Shown: positions 1 to 12,240 of the stretch, one piece after another | Layout of the letters: every line of letters starts with the position of its first letter | Position numbering within the stretch: position 1 is the stretch's first letter | Translations under genes and position numbers: made by a program | Source of the DNA: Eimeria praecox | Taxonomy: Eukaryota | Direction: 5' to 3' | NCBI GenBank assembly: GCA_963920595.1 | Contig: OY986949.1 | Span: 2,914,001-2,978,000, forward strand | Length of the DNA: 64,000 nucleotides | Notes under the pieces: model-generated | The model's database searches: none | What the model was told of the DNA's origin: nothing | What the model saw: only the letters and a program-made list of their open reading frames with translations

Positions 1-40
1 GCACTGCCACATTTGCGCTTTATACGGGCCCAAGACGCAC

Positions 41-1139
41 AGCGAAAAAGAAGCGGAGGTCGTCTCTGCGAAAGTTTTCACTAACTCTCTCACAGACCCA
101 ATTCCTCTGTCGTCCGATGCATTTAACTGCAAGCGCAGCAGAATAATTGGCAGTAGCCGCAGAAACGGGGACTAGAGCGAAAGTATCAGCGGCAAACGCG
201 TCCACACCTAGGCTCTTATCCCGGCCCCTCGTCCTAGTCAGAGTTTAGCGTTTACCTCCAGGACATGCGAGGCCTGCAGCGAGCCGTAGAGTTGCCTAGC
301 CACGGCTAAAATGGTAGAAGTCTTGCCAGTGCCTGAGTACAAATTCTCAGTTATGAGTCCCAAACCCTAAACCCTAAGCCCGTGTCGCACATTCCTACAC
401 CGTAAGCCCTACCCCTGAAAACTTTCAACTAAATTCTCGATTTCTGGAATCTCGACGAGAGCTTTGGTGGCTGACACCGCGTACACGAAATCAAAGATCG
501 CATACACGAAAGAATTCATCTAAACCCCAAGCTGTAGGGTGTTGATGCCAAACCCTAAACCCTTAACACGAGGCTGACTCACCGGGAGGGCCATGGAAGA
601 GGAGATGGGGCAGCTGCCCTTTGTCGACGTACCGACGAACTGTGCACCCAAATCGGAAACCCATAACCCTAAACTATAAGCCCTAAACCCTGCATACACC
701 GTTGAGACTTAACTCCAGCTGGCGGCTTCCGTGTAGCAGGGCGTATAGCTAGGGAAGGAGGTTTAGGGCTCTGGGATGCACAGCCCTTCGACTCTACGGT
801 TTGGGAAGACTTGCTGGTTTGAATGATGTCATCATGCGAAAGAATATCATTGAGAGTCTTTGGGCGATATCGTTCCACCTGCACACCAAAAACCACGAAC
901 CCGTAAGCCGAAGCATTAAGCCCCTGGCTTTTGAGCACCTCCAGCCCTGTTGTGTGCATGCAGGCACCTGCATTTCCTCAGCTATGCAGGCATCGTTGGG
1001 GTTTGTTAATATGAAGGCTTTTGCTAGGGGTTTGTCCCAAGGGTTTAGGGCGTGGAGGTACCCATGGGAGGTCCCCGTCCTCAGCTGAGGCAACAGAAGC
1101 GCCGCCTGCAGCCGCCTGTGGATTTCTGTTTTCATCCAT
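41..1139 (-). CDS. RFC5: Replication factor C small subunit (yeast Rfc3 / human RFC5 type), 5' part; gene continues beyond the left edge
   Basis: Manual splicing of exons 1139-1062, 878-815, 639-583, 332-256 and 126-41 gives MDENRNP...LPW-VERYRPKTLNDILSHDDIIQT-IRRYVDKGQLPHLLFHGPPG-TGKTSTILAVARQLYGSLQASHVLE-LNASDDRGIGSVRELVKTFA. This contains the RFC boxes PWVE(K/R)YRP, Walker A GPPGTGKT and ELNASDDRG. GKTSTILA is typical of the Rfc3/RFC5 paralog. Confidence 0.93.
362..691 (+). repeat. Interstitial telomere-like AAACCCT heptamers in RFC introns
   Basis: aaaccctaaaccctaa at 362-378, aaaccctaaaccctt at 550-564, and aaccctaaac...ccctaaaccct at about 665-691. Confidence 0.85.
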
Positions 1140-1438
1140 TTTCGATGTTCCAGTAGCTGCCGCTGCTGCGTTGACTGCTGTTCTGCGTAGTTCTGCTGCT
1201 GCTCCTGCTGCCGTCGCTGCTGCCGCCACTGAAGATCCTTCACCAGCGGACTGTTGGCAAGGCGCAAGCTGCAATGCTACAACACTAACAATTTCAGCGG
1301 CAGAATCTGCTGAAGCTTGTCTCTGCACCTTCAGGACTGAGGCGTTCGTAAGTTTCCTGCTTGTGTCGGCAGCGGCAGCAGCAGCAGCAACAGCGGCGGC
1401 GCTGGCGGAGTTGTTGCAGCATGCAGCAACAAGTACTT

Positions 1439-1897
1439 CTACGATGATCCCGTGAAGCAAAATATAGCATGAATAACAGGCAAAGACTGAGCAGCTGCCG
1501 CTTGTGGCTGCTGGATCGGACGGTGAATCGAGGGTTGCTCCAGGTGGTGGGGAGGGGTTGGGGGCCCCGGGGCCCCACGGCCAGCAGCAACTGCTGCAAC
1601 GGCTTCTTCAACTGCTGCCGCTGCTGCCCTGCGCCAGGCCCTACAGCACCCGTAGGTAGGTGTCCTATCGTAAATTTCCTTCATAACTGGTAGCATTTGA
1701 GATGATAGCACTGGCAGCAACGTGCTGGTGTTGCTGCCTTCCACCGCTCCTGCGGCTAACTCAGCAGCGACAACAGTAGCTTCGCGGGTTGCCCGGATCA
1801 GCAGCTGTGAGTACAATCCCTGTAGTGTCTTGCCTCCTTCTGTGCTTTCTTTGAAACTACTGCCTCTTCTGAAACACAAAGGTTGGACCGGCCTCAT
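1439..1897 (-). CDS. Possible small hypothetical protein (152 aa) between RFC and the TKL gene
   Basis: ATG at 1897 opens MRPVQPLCFRRGSSFKESTEGGKTLQGLYSQLLIRATREATVVAAELAAG...MLPVMKEIYDRTPTYG..., which is complex and helical-looking rather than a CAG artefact. No recognisable domain; it could be UTR. Confidence 0.25.
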   Translation of the reverse strand: MRPVQPLCFRRGSSFKESTEGGKTLQGLYSQLLIRATREATVVAAELAAGAVEGSNTSTLLPVLSSQMLPVMKEIYDRTPTYGCCRAWRRAAAAAVEEAVAAVAAGRGAPGPPTPPHHLEQPSIHRPIQQPQAAAAQSLPVIHAIFCFTGSS

Positions 1898-2209
1898 ACT
1901 GCCGCCGCCGTTGCTGGTGCTGCAGCGGCGGCAGCGGAAGCTGAAGTCACCTCGGCAGTAGCCGGCATCGTACAGAAGAAACAGCAGCAACTGCAGCCGC
2001 AACGGTACGTGCAGAAGCTTCATTACTACTAACTGGATCTTGAAAGCCGTAACAGTAGCATCGGCAAAAGAGGCGAAAAAGCCAAAGCAGCAGAAGCGGC
2101 CTAGGCCGCAACAGCTGCTAGACTGGGCGCCAAAACAGCAAGAGGCACTGAGAGCAGCAGCGAAGGATCGCTGCAGTAAATCCTGTATGCTCCGTGAAAC
2201 CAAGATGTG

Positions 2210-5200
2210 ATGCAGCAGCAACGACAACAACAGCAGCAGCGGTTGCTGGAGCAACAGCAGCAGCTGCTGGAGCAACAGCAGCAACAACAACTGCAACAAC
2301 AACAGCTGCAGCAACAACAGCTACAGCAACAGGAAGAGCTACAATACGTGCTCCAGCAGCAGCCACAAGCGGACCAGCAGCACCATCAGCTACAACAGCA
2401 GCACGTACAACTTCTGCATCACCCATATCCACCTACCCATCAGCAGGTGGGGCCTCCAGAGCAGACACAGGGTAGTGTGCACCTTCTGCAACAAGAAAGT
2501 TTGCGGAATGGACAGTGGGAACAGCAGCATCAGCTGCAGCAGCAGCAGCAGCAGCAACTGTGGCATTGCCAACCGCTGCAGCAGTCTCAGCAGCTTCAGT
2601 GGCAGGGCCTGAACCTGACAGAGCAGCAACCCCTGCCTTTGCGTCACTGCTTACAGCAGCAAGCGCTGATGCAGGAGGAGCAGCAGCAGTTTCATAGGCT
2701 GCAGCCGCAGCAGCATGAGCAGGAATGGCGGCATCGACAACGTCAGATGCAGCAGCAGTTGCTGCGTCATCGTTCTTTCTGCGAGGATGTTGGAACAGCG
2801 GGCTCCCGCATTCAGCTGCCAAAGGGTAGATGGAGCAGCCGCCGCAGCTCCAGTGAACTGCCTTCTGGTATTGCAGCAGGAGCAACATTTGGAGCAGCAT
2901 CAGATGCTGCTGCCGCTCCACCGGCTGCTGCTAAAGCACAACCAGCTGATGCGCAGGATGCTGCCACCGCAGTAGCTACCGCAACTGAATCAGCGAAATC
3001 CACGGACATGGGGGGCAGGAGGCTTCCTGCTGCAGCCGCGCAGTTGCTGCGGGGATGCCTCTCTAAGCAGCTTGTTGGACCCTGCCTTTCAGAGCTGGCA
3101 CTACTGCCTCGACTGTTTCATATACTTGCGCATCCCAGCAACAGCAGCAGAAGGAGCAACAGCAACAGCAATATCAGCTGGGGGATGGGCGAGAGCAACA
3201 ACAGCACCGGCAACAACAGCAACCGCAGCAGCAGCAGTAGAGAACTTTATATCCAGGCAGCAGAGTTATTTGCTCGGGAGTTGTTGGTGAGAGACTAGAT
3301 GCTGCTGCTGTTGGTGCTGCTGCTGGTGGTTTTCTTGCTCTTGGGTGCCTCCGTGCTGCTGCCTGCCGCCCGTGCGTGAACTACTGCGGTTGCTGCAGCG
3401 GACGTTCTTTGTTTGTAGCTTTTCACGATAGCAGTAACTGGCAGAAAAGAACTGCAGTTGCTGCACATGCACATGCTGCCGCTGCTGCTGCGTCGCCCTT
3501 GCTGCCTTCAGCGCCCCAGCGTCCTGCGTGACCCCATATCCGCTTTGAAGTCTCTCATTGTGGCGCACAGGCTTTTGGCACAGGTGGGGGCTTGGGGTAT
3601 AGGGTGAAACGTGTTAAAGGGATTTTAACGTTTCAAGAACTTCCAGTAGGAGTTCACACACCTGGTGAGGGTTTAGGGCTTATCCACTTTGGCCTAGCCA
3701 GGGAGCGTGTTTGCAGGTCCCTGTTGACGCCTTTCTTGGGTCCTCCCTACAAAAGCTCCCTGGTCAAATACTACGCATTTGGTCAGCCACGGCCTTGCAG
3801 CCTGCGGCAGCAGCGGCAGCCGCAGCAGCGGCAGACGGCGACAAGGGCAGAGCTGCCGCGAGAGCTGCGACAGCAACCGCAGCAGCAGCAGCAGCAGCTA
3901 CCCCTGAGGGTGCGGTTTGTGCTTGCGCGGATTTCTTCGCTGAGAAACTGCGGCTCCATTTACAGCTGGTTGATTGCTGTACGGGTGAGCAGCAAAGGCA
4001 ACAGGACCTGCTGTTGCATATGCAGGTGTAGCAGTCATTGCAGCACCCGCAGCATTAGCTGCAACACCAGCAGGAGCAGAATACCTCGGTTTGTAGTGGC
4101 GCCTGAGAACCATATACGCACTTTACGTCAGCTTTGCTGCTCCCGTTGTACTTCCCTCTGGCTGGATGCTGCCACTGCTGCCGTTGCAGGGACTTGGTCT
4201 GTCTCTCGATTTCTGCGGGCAAATGGAGTGTCTCTTGAGACCCTGGTGGCCTTTGAAGCGGAAGGCGTCGTCTCTCTCAATGCTTCTGTTTCCCTGCAGT
4301 GAGTTTGTGCTACAGATGCTACTGATTCTGCAGCAGCAGCAGCTATTGCTGCCACGGCGAGGGGCGAGCTCGTCAATGTGGACACTTAGAGACCCTGAGA
4401 GAGTAAAAGTGAGAGTCCTATGCAGGTTGTAGGGTGTGAAGCCAAGCGAGTAGGGCTTACCGTTTGAAAGGAGGAAGGAGTTGGGGAACTGTTGCTGCGC
4501 AACAGCAACGGTGGCATTTACAGGCCGTGCCGGGCCTCTAAGACTATTTGCTGCCTTAGACGCAGGGCGCTGCCTGCAAATACCATCGTGCTACAGTAAC
4601 AGCAAAGGCGGCAGTAAAGCGAAGGAACTGCAGCAGGAGCATTCGGCGCAGGAACTGCTGGTGCGCTGTGCTGCAGGCTGGTCAGCATGTTGCACCGCGC
4701 CTGCACACTATGTTTGCTGCTGCTGCAGCAGAGGGGCACGAGCCTCTTTGCAGTGAGCAGCACTTACTTAGTGCTCCTTGTCGATGACATTTGGGGAGTG
4801 GCGGCGCTGTTGCTGCGGCTGCTGCACGCGCTGTTGCAGCGCTGCATGTGCCCAGCAGTGGCTGCAGGCGGGGGCTTGGCATTGGTGTCAGTGCTGGCTT
4901 CTCTTGCGAATCCTTTGAAGGAGGCCCTTAGAGATATGCAGCTAGCAGCAGGTACGGCGGGACAGCAACTGCAATAGGTGCAACAGTAGCAGCAGCAGCG
5001 GGAAGGGTAGTCGGGGCGAAAGAAATAGAAACGGCAGAAGCGGAAGGAAGGAGGGCTGTATGCCCAGTGCGATACTTGAGTCGTCCTTTGTGCTGCAGAG
5101 AAGTGTGCTGCGGCCGCAAGCTGTTGCCCACTGCTGCAGCGCATGCGCCCCCCACCGCCAGACGTGATGCTGCTGCTTGATGACTTGAAGAAGCAGCATC

Positions 5201-8200
5201 ACCAGCAGCAACAGTCCTCGCGGATGCTACTGCCGCGGAATCAGTTGCTGCCATATAGGCCTTCTTCTTCAGCGCGAAGGTCGATGCAGGCAGTTGCGCA
5301 GCTGCCTCTGCCGGCTGACCTGGAGGCTGTGGCTGCTGCGGCGGCAGCTGGGACAGACGCGGCAGCAGCAGCAGCAAGCGCTGACGCCAAGTGGATTGAA
5401 TTTCTCAAGGTGGAGGAGGTCTATCTGCTGCTCAAGGACGTCTCCGTACGCCTTGCGTTGCTTCTGCAGGAGCAGCCTAGGTGCGACCGCGGCAGTAAGA
5501 CGCACAGCAGCAGCAGCAACAGCCCCAGCGGCCACAGCGTGTTTGGTAGCAACAGCAGCGGGAGAATTGAGCATCAGCAACAAAAAGATGGGCAGGCGGA
5601 AGACCGAGTTGTAGCACGTCATGCAGGTGAGGAAGCAACTCCCGCATCAGCAGCACCTGCCGCTGTGGTTGCTGCAGAATTTGATCATTTGCGTTTCAGC
5701 GGCGGATGTAACAGCTGGGCATCTGCTGCATCAGAGTCAGATGGGGCAGACCTTCAGCGTCAGCAGCAGCAGCAACGGCATGCTCAGCATCAGCTACAGC
5801 AACAACAGCAAGGTAGGGGAATAGCTGCAAGCTGCATCGCAGGATTGTCTAAAGCAGCAGCAGAAGCTGCTGACATACCACTCGCCACTGCAAACGCTGC
5901 ATTAGTTGAAGCTCATTGTGGACCGGCGGCTGCGGCAGCTGCTGCGCCTCTAGCAGAAGCAGAAGAAACTGCTGCTGATGCTGCAGCCGATGCTGTAGCC
6001 GATGCTGCTGCTGCTCAGGGCTCCCCAGCTGTTGCCTCCTTTGATGCCGATCTGCGATCCCTTAGTAGGGGCAGCCACGTGCAGCATGCGCTTCAGCAGC
6101 GGATGCAACAACAAAATGTGCAGCAACAATACCAATGCCAGCCAGAGTGTTACACGCAGCAGTACATCCAGCAGCAGCAGCAACTACAGCAGCAACTCCA
6201 GCAACAGCAACTCCAGCAGCAGCTGCTTGAGCAGCAATCAACCCAGCAACAGCATCACCAAGTACAGCCGTATCATCAGCAACAGCAGCCCGGCGAGGTG
6301 CCGCAGGTGCAACAGCTGCAACAGAGAAGGGAGCCGCTGGAACATTCGCAACAGTTGCGCCAGCAGCAGCAGCTGCTGCTGCAGCAGAACTGGATGCAAG
6401 GCAGCGCAGTTGACCCCATGGGGGCGCCTGTTTGCCAGTTACAGCCGACGTTTCCGCCGCAGCCAGGCATGCAACAGCAGCTGCAGCGGCAACAACTGCA
6501 ACGACAGCAACAGTTGCAACAACAGCAGCTGCTGCAGCAACAACAACAACAGCAACTCCTTTTGCAGCAGTCGGATATGCGGCAGCAGCAACAGTTGCAG
6601 CGGTTTTGCGAGCAGCAAGTGCGACAGCAAGAGCGTGAGCTACAGCAACAACAGCAGTACCAGTTGCAGCAGCAGCTTCTGCTCCAGCTGCAGCAGCACC
6701 AGCCGGCTTTGCTGCAGCATCCATCATACTACCTGCAGGATAACCAGCGGATCTGTACGCAGCACTCCTACCAGCAGCAGCAGTACCTGCAGCAGCAGCA
6801 GCTGTTGCAACAGTTACAGCAACAAATGGCGCAGACCTCAGCGTGGCGGAGCTCACTAGAAGGGTCGAACTGGCCTGCGACGCCGTCCCTTTCGGCCGCA
6901 GCAGCAGCAGTAGCCGGAGCTCCTGCAGCGGGATCCGGTGGCGGAATCGCACGAGGGTGCGACTGTGTGGCATGCCGCGGCAGCAGCGGCCGCAGCAGCT
7001 GCTGCCTGAGGGGTCTGAAGGCCAGATTAGAGGCGCTGAATCTTGGGGTCGATCCTAGGGAATTAAAGATCAATTCTAGGATTGGCAGCGGCGCATCAGG
7101 AACCGTTTTAAAGGCCGCATGGAGAGGCTGTGATGTGGCAGTGAAAGTGCTACCGATGGTGCAGCAGCAGCAGCTGCAGCAGCAAGGAAAAAGCGCGTCT
7201 GCTGTCGCTGCTGCGGCCGCAGCAGCGGCAGCGCGAGAGCTGCAAATTATGAAGCGGCTCAGGTGTCCGAACCTCGTGCTGCTGATGGGGGCATGCGCTC
7301 TGGATGCTGAAGCTGCGTGTAGCAGCAACAGCAGCAGCAGCTGCATTAACAGCAGCAGGAACAGCAGCAGCTGCGCCTTGAGCTCGAACAGCGCAGCGGA
7401 GCTGCTGGCAGCAAGCGGATGCTGTGGTCCAGGGCTCGCAGTGGTGATGGAGTTGTGTGCTGGGGGCAGTTTGTTTGGTTTGCTTCACGGGAAACCAGAG
7501 GATGCGCTTGCTGCTGTTGCTGATGGCCCTGGTGAAGCCCCTGCACCTGTTTCGGGTGCGGCTCCCACTGATGCTCCTGCAGCTCAAGCTATTGGGGTTG
7601 CTGCTGCTGTTCCACCAGCTGCTGTTGAGGGTTCTGATGAACAGAGCGGCAACTCGCCGTCAGCCACCCAAAGCTGCAGTTTTGGTGGCACGACAGGAGC
7701 TGTAGGAGCGGCGGCTGCAGCAAAAGATGCTGCAGATGCAACGGCAAACATCTCAACAGCTACAGGAACGCACGAAGCGTCCGAAGGCATAAAGCAGCAA
7801 GACTATCAGCAGGTGCACCCGCACCTTCAGAAGCAAGAGCAGGAGCCACAGCCGCTGCCGGAGCCCCCGCCACAGCCGCCTCCGCAGCAGACACCTCCGC
7901 AGGAGCCGGAGCAGCCTTCAGAGGAGCGACGGCGCTTGACCTGGACGCAAAAGCTGAAGGTGGCTCTTGACGTTGCTCGGGGTTGCGCCTATCTGCATGC
8001 GTCGCAGCCCCCAGTTGTTCATAGGGACTTGAAGAGCCTAAACATTCTGCTGGTCGAGAGGATCACGAGCGACAAACAAACGCCTGTAGCAAAGGTAGAA
8101 AATACCCGCAAAAAGCGATGCTGCTGCTGATGCCGCGTGTTTATGCTTGCGTGCGTGTGTGTGTCGCCGCTGGTTGTCTGGGGTGCTGTTGCAGCTGGCT

Positions 8201-9112
8201 GTCCTGGTTCAGCTTTTGTCATGGGTGCATATTTGGCTGATTCAACTGGCGCGGCTATATTGCCGACCTTGCATTGTCTGCTGCTATTGCTGCTAGTGTG
8301 CTGCCACTTCTACCTTCTCCCGTGCTTTCCTGGTCTGCGTTGATGCTGGTGATGAAGCAGCACAAGTTGCTGCTTTTCTTCATATCCCCGCTGCGGGCAC
8401 CATGGGCTGAGTTTTGAGGGGCTATGCAAGCATTCTTACATTTGGCGGTTCCTGCTGCACCGATTGCTACTTCCGCAATTGCAGGTAGCGGACTTTGGTT
8501 TGAGTCGCTTGGCCACAGCAACGGGCCGCAGTGATGGTTCCGCAACAGCTGCCGCGGCGGCAGCGGTGGCTGCAGCAACAACAGTGCGGCTGGGAGGCGT
8601 TTCCTATGGGGAGACAGCAGCACCGATCCCTGCTGCCATACGGACACGAGCTGTAGGCACAGTGCATTGGATGCCGCCTGAAGTTATGCGTGGCCTTCCC
8701 CAGGGTCCCCCCGTCGATGTATTTGCCTTTGGTATCGTTTTATACGAGTTGGCTACTGAAGCTCTGCCCTACCTCCGACCAAGACAAACTTCCTTGCAGC
8801 AGGACCACCAGCAGATAGATCGAACGAATGTTTGGCTGCCTCCTCCCTCAGACATATGCGCTGCAGTGCTCCGAGGAGAACGCCCCGATGAACGTTTCAT
8901 TTTGCCCATGTGCCCGCCCGTGCTTCGGTGAGCAAACGCATGCACTAGGGGATTCGGAGTCTGTGGTTTATCAATTGCCGTTTACGGTTTAGGGTTTGCA
9001 TGCTGGTGTGTGCAGAAACTTGATGCGCCGTTGCTGGGCCGAAGACCCGTGGGCCCGGCCGACATTCGCTGAAGTCGTTGAAGAACTCAAGGCCGCCTTA
9101 GAACAATCCTAA
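2210..9112 (+). CDS. Tyrosine-kinase-like (TKL, Raf/MLK-type) protein kinase with N-terminal ANTH-like region and long poly-Q/poly-A tracts
   Basis: Kinase motifs IGSGASGTV, VAVK, ARELQIM, VVMELCAGGSL, HRDLKSLNILL, VADFG, GTVHWMPPE, DVFAFGIVLYE and CWAEDPWARPTF. Firm exons: 5099-8094, 8485-8927, 9016-9112 (TAA). Upstream exons 2210-3286, 3419-3583, 3717-3984, 4190-~4298, 4524-4660 and 4729-4951 join in phase, except the 4298/4524 junction, which I could not resolve. Confidence 0.88.
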
Positions 9113-11179
9113 TTTTTTGCTGCTGCCTCTGCTGCTGCGGCAGACGGTGGACGGCAGCTGCGTCCCCAGCAACTGCTGCCGCTTCTGATGTTGCGGCCGC
9201 CGCAGTGGCAATTCTGAGTGCCGCACAATTAGTGGTACTGGCGGGGAACGGCAACACTTGTTTGTGTGCAGCCGGTGTTGCTGTAGCCCTGTTCACTGGG
9301 CCAAATAGTTTAGATTTCGTGTGTATGCATCTCCGAGGCGCCGTTTTCAGAACACGTGGGAATTTGCTCACGAGAGTTGGTGTTTGTACAGGTCGAGAGA
9401 GAGTCCGGGGAAAGGGCCACCATGCCTTCCTTTTGCAAAGTCCGATATGCTGATGGTCATTTCTTGAGCTGTGTGTTTAATTCAGATCTGTTATGGATAG
9501 ATGAGGCCTGGCACCTCCTCTTGTGCATTGCAGGAGGAGCGAGCGTAATTGCTCTTCACAAAGCCCCTTCGCCTCACACGCAGTATTGGCTTAGGGGCGA
9601 TGCCTGCCTTAGATTTCTGAGGGCTGTATTTCGAGTGTGAAGGCTCTGAGAGTATTGTAAGGCAGTTATATTGCGCTCTGAGGCCGAAATGTCTCCTCCT
9701 AAGGAATGGAGCCAAAAGTGCCGAGACACTCGGCACGCGCTCTCTAGAACAGAGGGTGAAGGTGAGGTTTGTTCATGGACCCTCGACATTTCATCTTTGC
9801 TTTGTCAGATTTCTGTGGTGAGCGGCAAGCACAGCCAAGGGCTGGAGCTCCTGGCACCTTGTGGGACGCAGATAGACAAGGATACAAACGGACGCACACA
9901 CGGACAGAGAAAGTGACGACAGACACAATTGCGCATTTGGCACCCTGAAAAAAACAAAGAGAAACACTCACAGCATGAGACAGGCGGGGCAAACATAGAA
10001 AAAGAGGGGAGGAGAAAGAGGAGGGCAGCGAATCTCAAAAATGGAACCACAGATAAAGAAATACGCCACCTGCTGAAGGCAAGCCAGCGAAAGGGACGCC
10101 GACAAAACAGATCCCAAGGTCTGGGGCCCCCAGAAGCGTTTGCAACAAACCCAGAGGAATGCCTTCGGGGGAAAATGCCACATAAAAGCGGGGGCCTCCA
10201 GCTCTGCTTACTGTACCGTCCCCCATCTTGTGGTGTATGTGCACACCTCTCCGTAAAGTGTTTTTATCGAATAGGGTGCCCCAAAGGGGGCAAGCAACTT
10301 CCAAAGTGTCGCATGCAGCAACTGTTGCCCTTGCCAATCCTTGGGGGCGTCACCGGGGTGAAGGGGTGCGACTGGGCCCCCCACCCGTGGCCGCAGGGCT
10401 ACTGGTGAGGCTAAGAGGCAGGAAGAAAGAGAACCCGGTGGGCCAACTGGAGTGTAAAAGCTCAGTGTCCCTAAGACGTCATTATCTGACGACGCAGCAG
10501 GGCCAGCGTTGGCCTGGTTCCCCCTAAATCAAGGAAGATTAGTCTTTCTTGTGCACGTGAGGCGCGGGTGGGCGCTCAGCAACGCCAGCCCCATTCACTT
10601 TCCGGCTGGTGCACCCGACCAAGTGGGGAAGCACCAGAGGTTCAGTGGCCCCGTTGTGCTGTCCAGGCATCGAAGTGCGACCGTCCCTTTAACTGTTGCT
10701 CAGATGAATCCGGGGACACAAACTGGCTTTACCGTAGCTCTCCCTTTCCCCTCTGGCCTTGCTGCAGTTGCTACCATTCAGGACTGTATCGGTGGACCCG
10801 CGCCCCACAGAAGGGCCCGCGAATGCTAAGGTCACAAGGGCATGCAGTGCTTCTGTTACATGCAAAGTGGCCACATAAGAATGGGGGCAGACGGCAAAAA
10901 AATGGCAGCATTTGCCAGGACAATGACGCAAAAAGCCCAGAGCAGCTGCAGCACACTCCCAAATGGGAGAGCCAAATAAAGCACCTTCAGTTTCCTCCTC
11001 ACATTTCAGCCCATGCGTATGGGGCGTGCCGCTGATCTGCCGTGCGCCTGGTTGAGGTCTCTTTTGTACAGGGTGAATCCCAACCTACACAGAGATACGA
11101 ACAACCCTAGAGATCTACAGTTTTGCCTTCAAAATGCGCGCGAAGCGCCACAGTAGCCATTAGTATCAACTTTATGAGA

Positions 11180-12240
11180 AGGGCACGCACGTAAATTGTT
11201 GTTATATCTAATCATGGGTACCAGAATCCGGCACCCAGAAGGGCAGGGGCATACGTAGAGAGGAGCATCCGCTTCTTTTGCAACAAAGAAGGCCACATAA
11301 TTTGAGATTGCAGACGCATGAAAAGAAGCAAGAAGATGGGAAAGCAGCTCTTTTAACAACGGAACCAGGCGACCAGCGAGTCCGTCAGGAAAAAGCCCTG
11401 GCCACCGCCCAACGCGTGGCGACGTGATAGAACCCAAAGAGGACGCAGCAACACCGGGAAACCCCGTTCGAGCCAATCCTGTTTTAATTGTAGTTCGCAT
11501 TGATGGTGGGGAGTTGCTAGAGATCCTTCACACAAGATACAAGGCGTATTTGACCTACCAAGTATCCGCGACTGACTCTGTACTGAGCAAAATTCATGAA
11601 AGTGGCTTGACTTCTTCCCTGTACAGAATGGGTTTAGAGCACACCAATGCGGTTTTTGGCCTGCCGTTCGCCGTCATCCCTGCTCTACACCGAATCATCG
11701 TTGTCTGGCCCTACAATACATTTGGCAGTTCGAAGGCAGGCACAAATTTCCGCAGCGGCCGATATGCATAGGCACCTTGCAGCGATGTTGGAATGCATTA
11801 AGAAAGCGCACGAAGGCCAGCCAAGAAACTTCGGGGAACGAAGTTCAGCAGTTAATTATAACCCTTCCGGCTCGGTGTTTTGGGGCTTGGACGGTCTGCG
11901 AATCAAGCAAGAAGGCGAGCAACTGAAGGAATTCCCCTGCGCTAGGTCAGGCTCTTCGCCGTTCGTTACCGGGGTAACGTTCTTTATTGCATCATTGAGT
12001 TACTCCCAAAACGGAGATGTCGCCATAACATATATGACTGATTTCTTTAACGGAGGGAATCGAATTGAAAGGATAGGATATTGACAACTCGAGTGCGTTT
12101 CTGAGGGTCTCTTGTGCGGGGGAATCCCTCAGGAACATCCAAGTCTCGCCCTTCACTCAGCGATGGCGACTACACGTGTAGCAGTGCATACAGTGGCTTA
12201 ATGCTGGGCCTCTTACATACCTTTTCGAGCGATTGTTGTG
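11180..12240 (+). mobile_element. Degenerate Ty3/gypsy LTR-retrotransposon fragment (gag zinc knuckle, aspartic protease, start of RT)
   Basis: 11270-11311 reads RFFCNKEGHII*DC, a CX2CX4HX4C knuckle with C>R and R>stop. ORF 11424-11771 gives VLIVVRIDGGELLEILHTRY...LPFAVIPALHRIIVVWP, which is retropepsin-like. Around 12160-12205, DGDYTCSSAYSGL resembles RT DGxxRxCVDYRxLN. Confidence 0.7.

Noticed and set aside
6002..7346. Long alternative-frame and antisense ORFs (poly-S/C, poly-A, poly-L) overlapping the kinase
   Set aside because: CAG/CTG repeats have no stop codons in any frame, so these are shadows of the poly-Q coding frame.
11424..12084. Endogenous RNA-virus (totivirus-like) capsid fragment
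   Set aside because: The adjacent CCHC knuckle, protease-like motifs and RT-start motifs explain it better as gypsy gag-pol.
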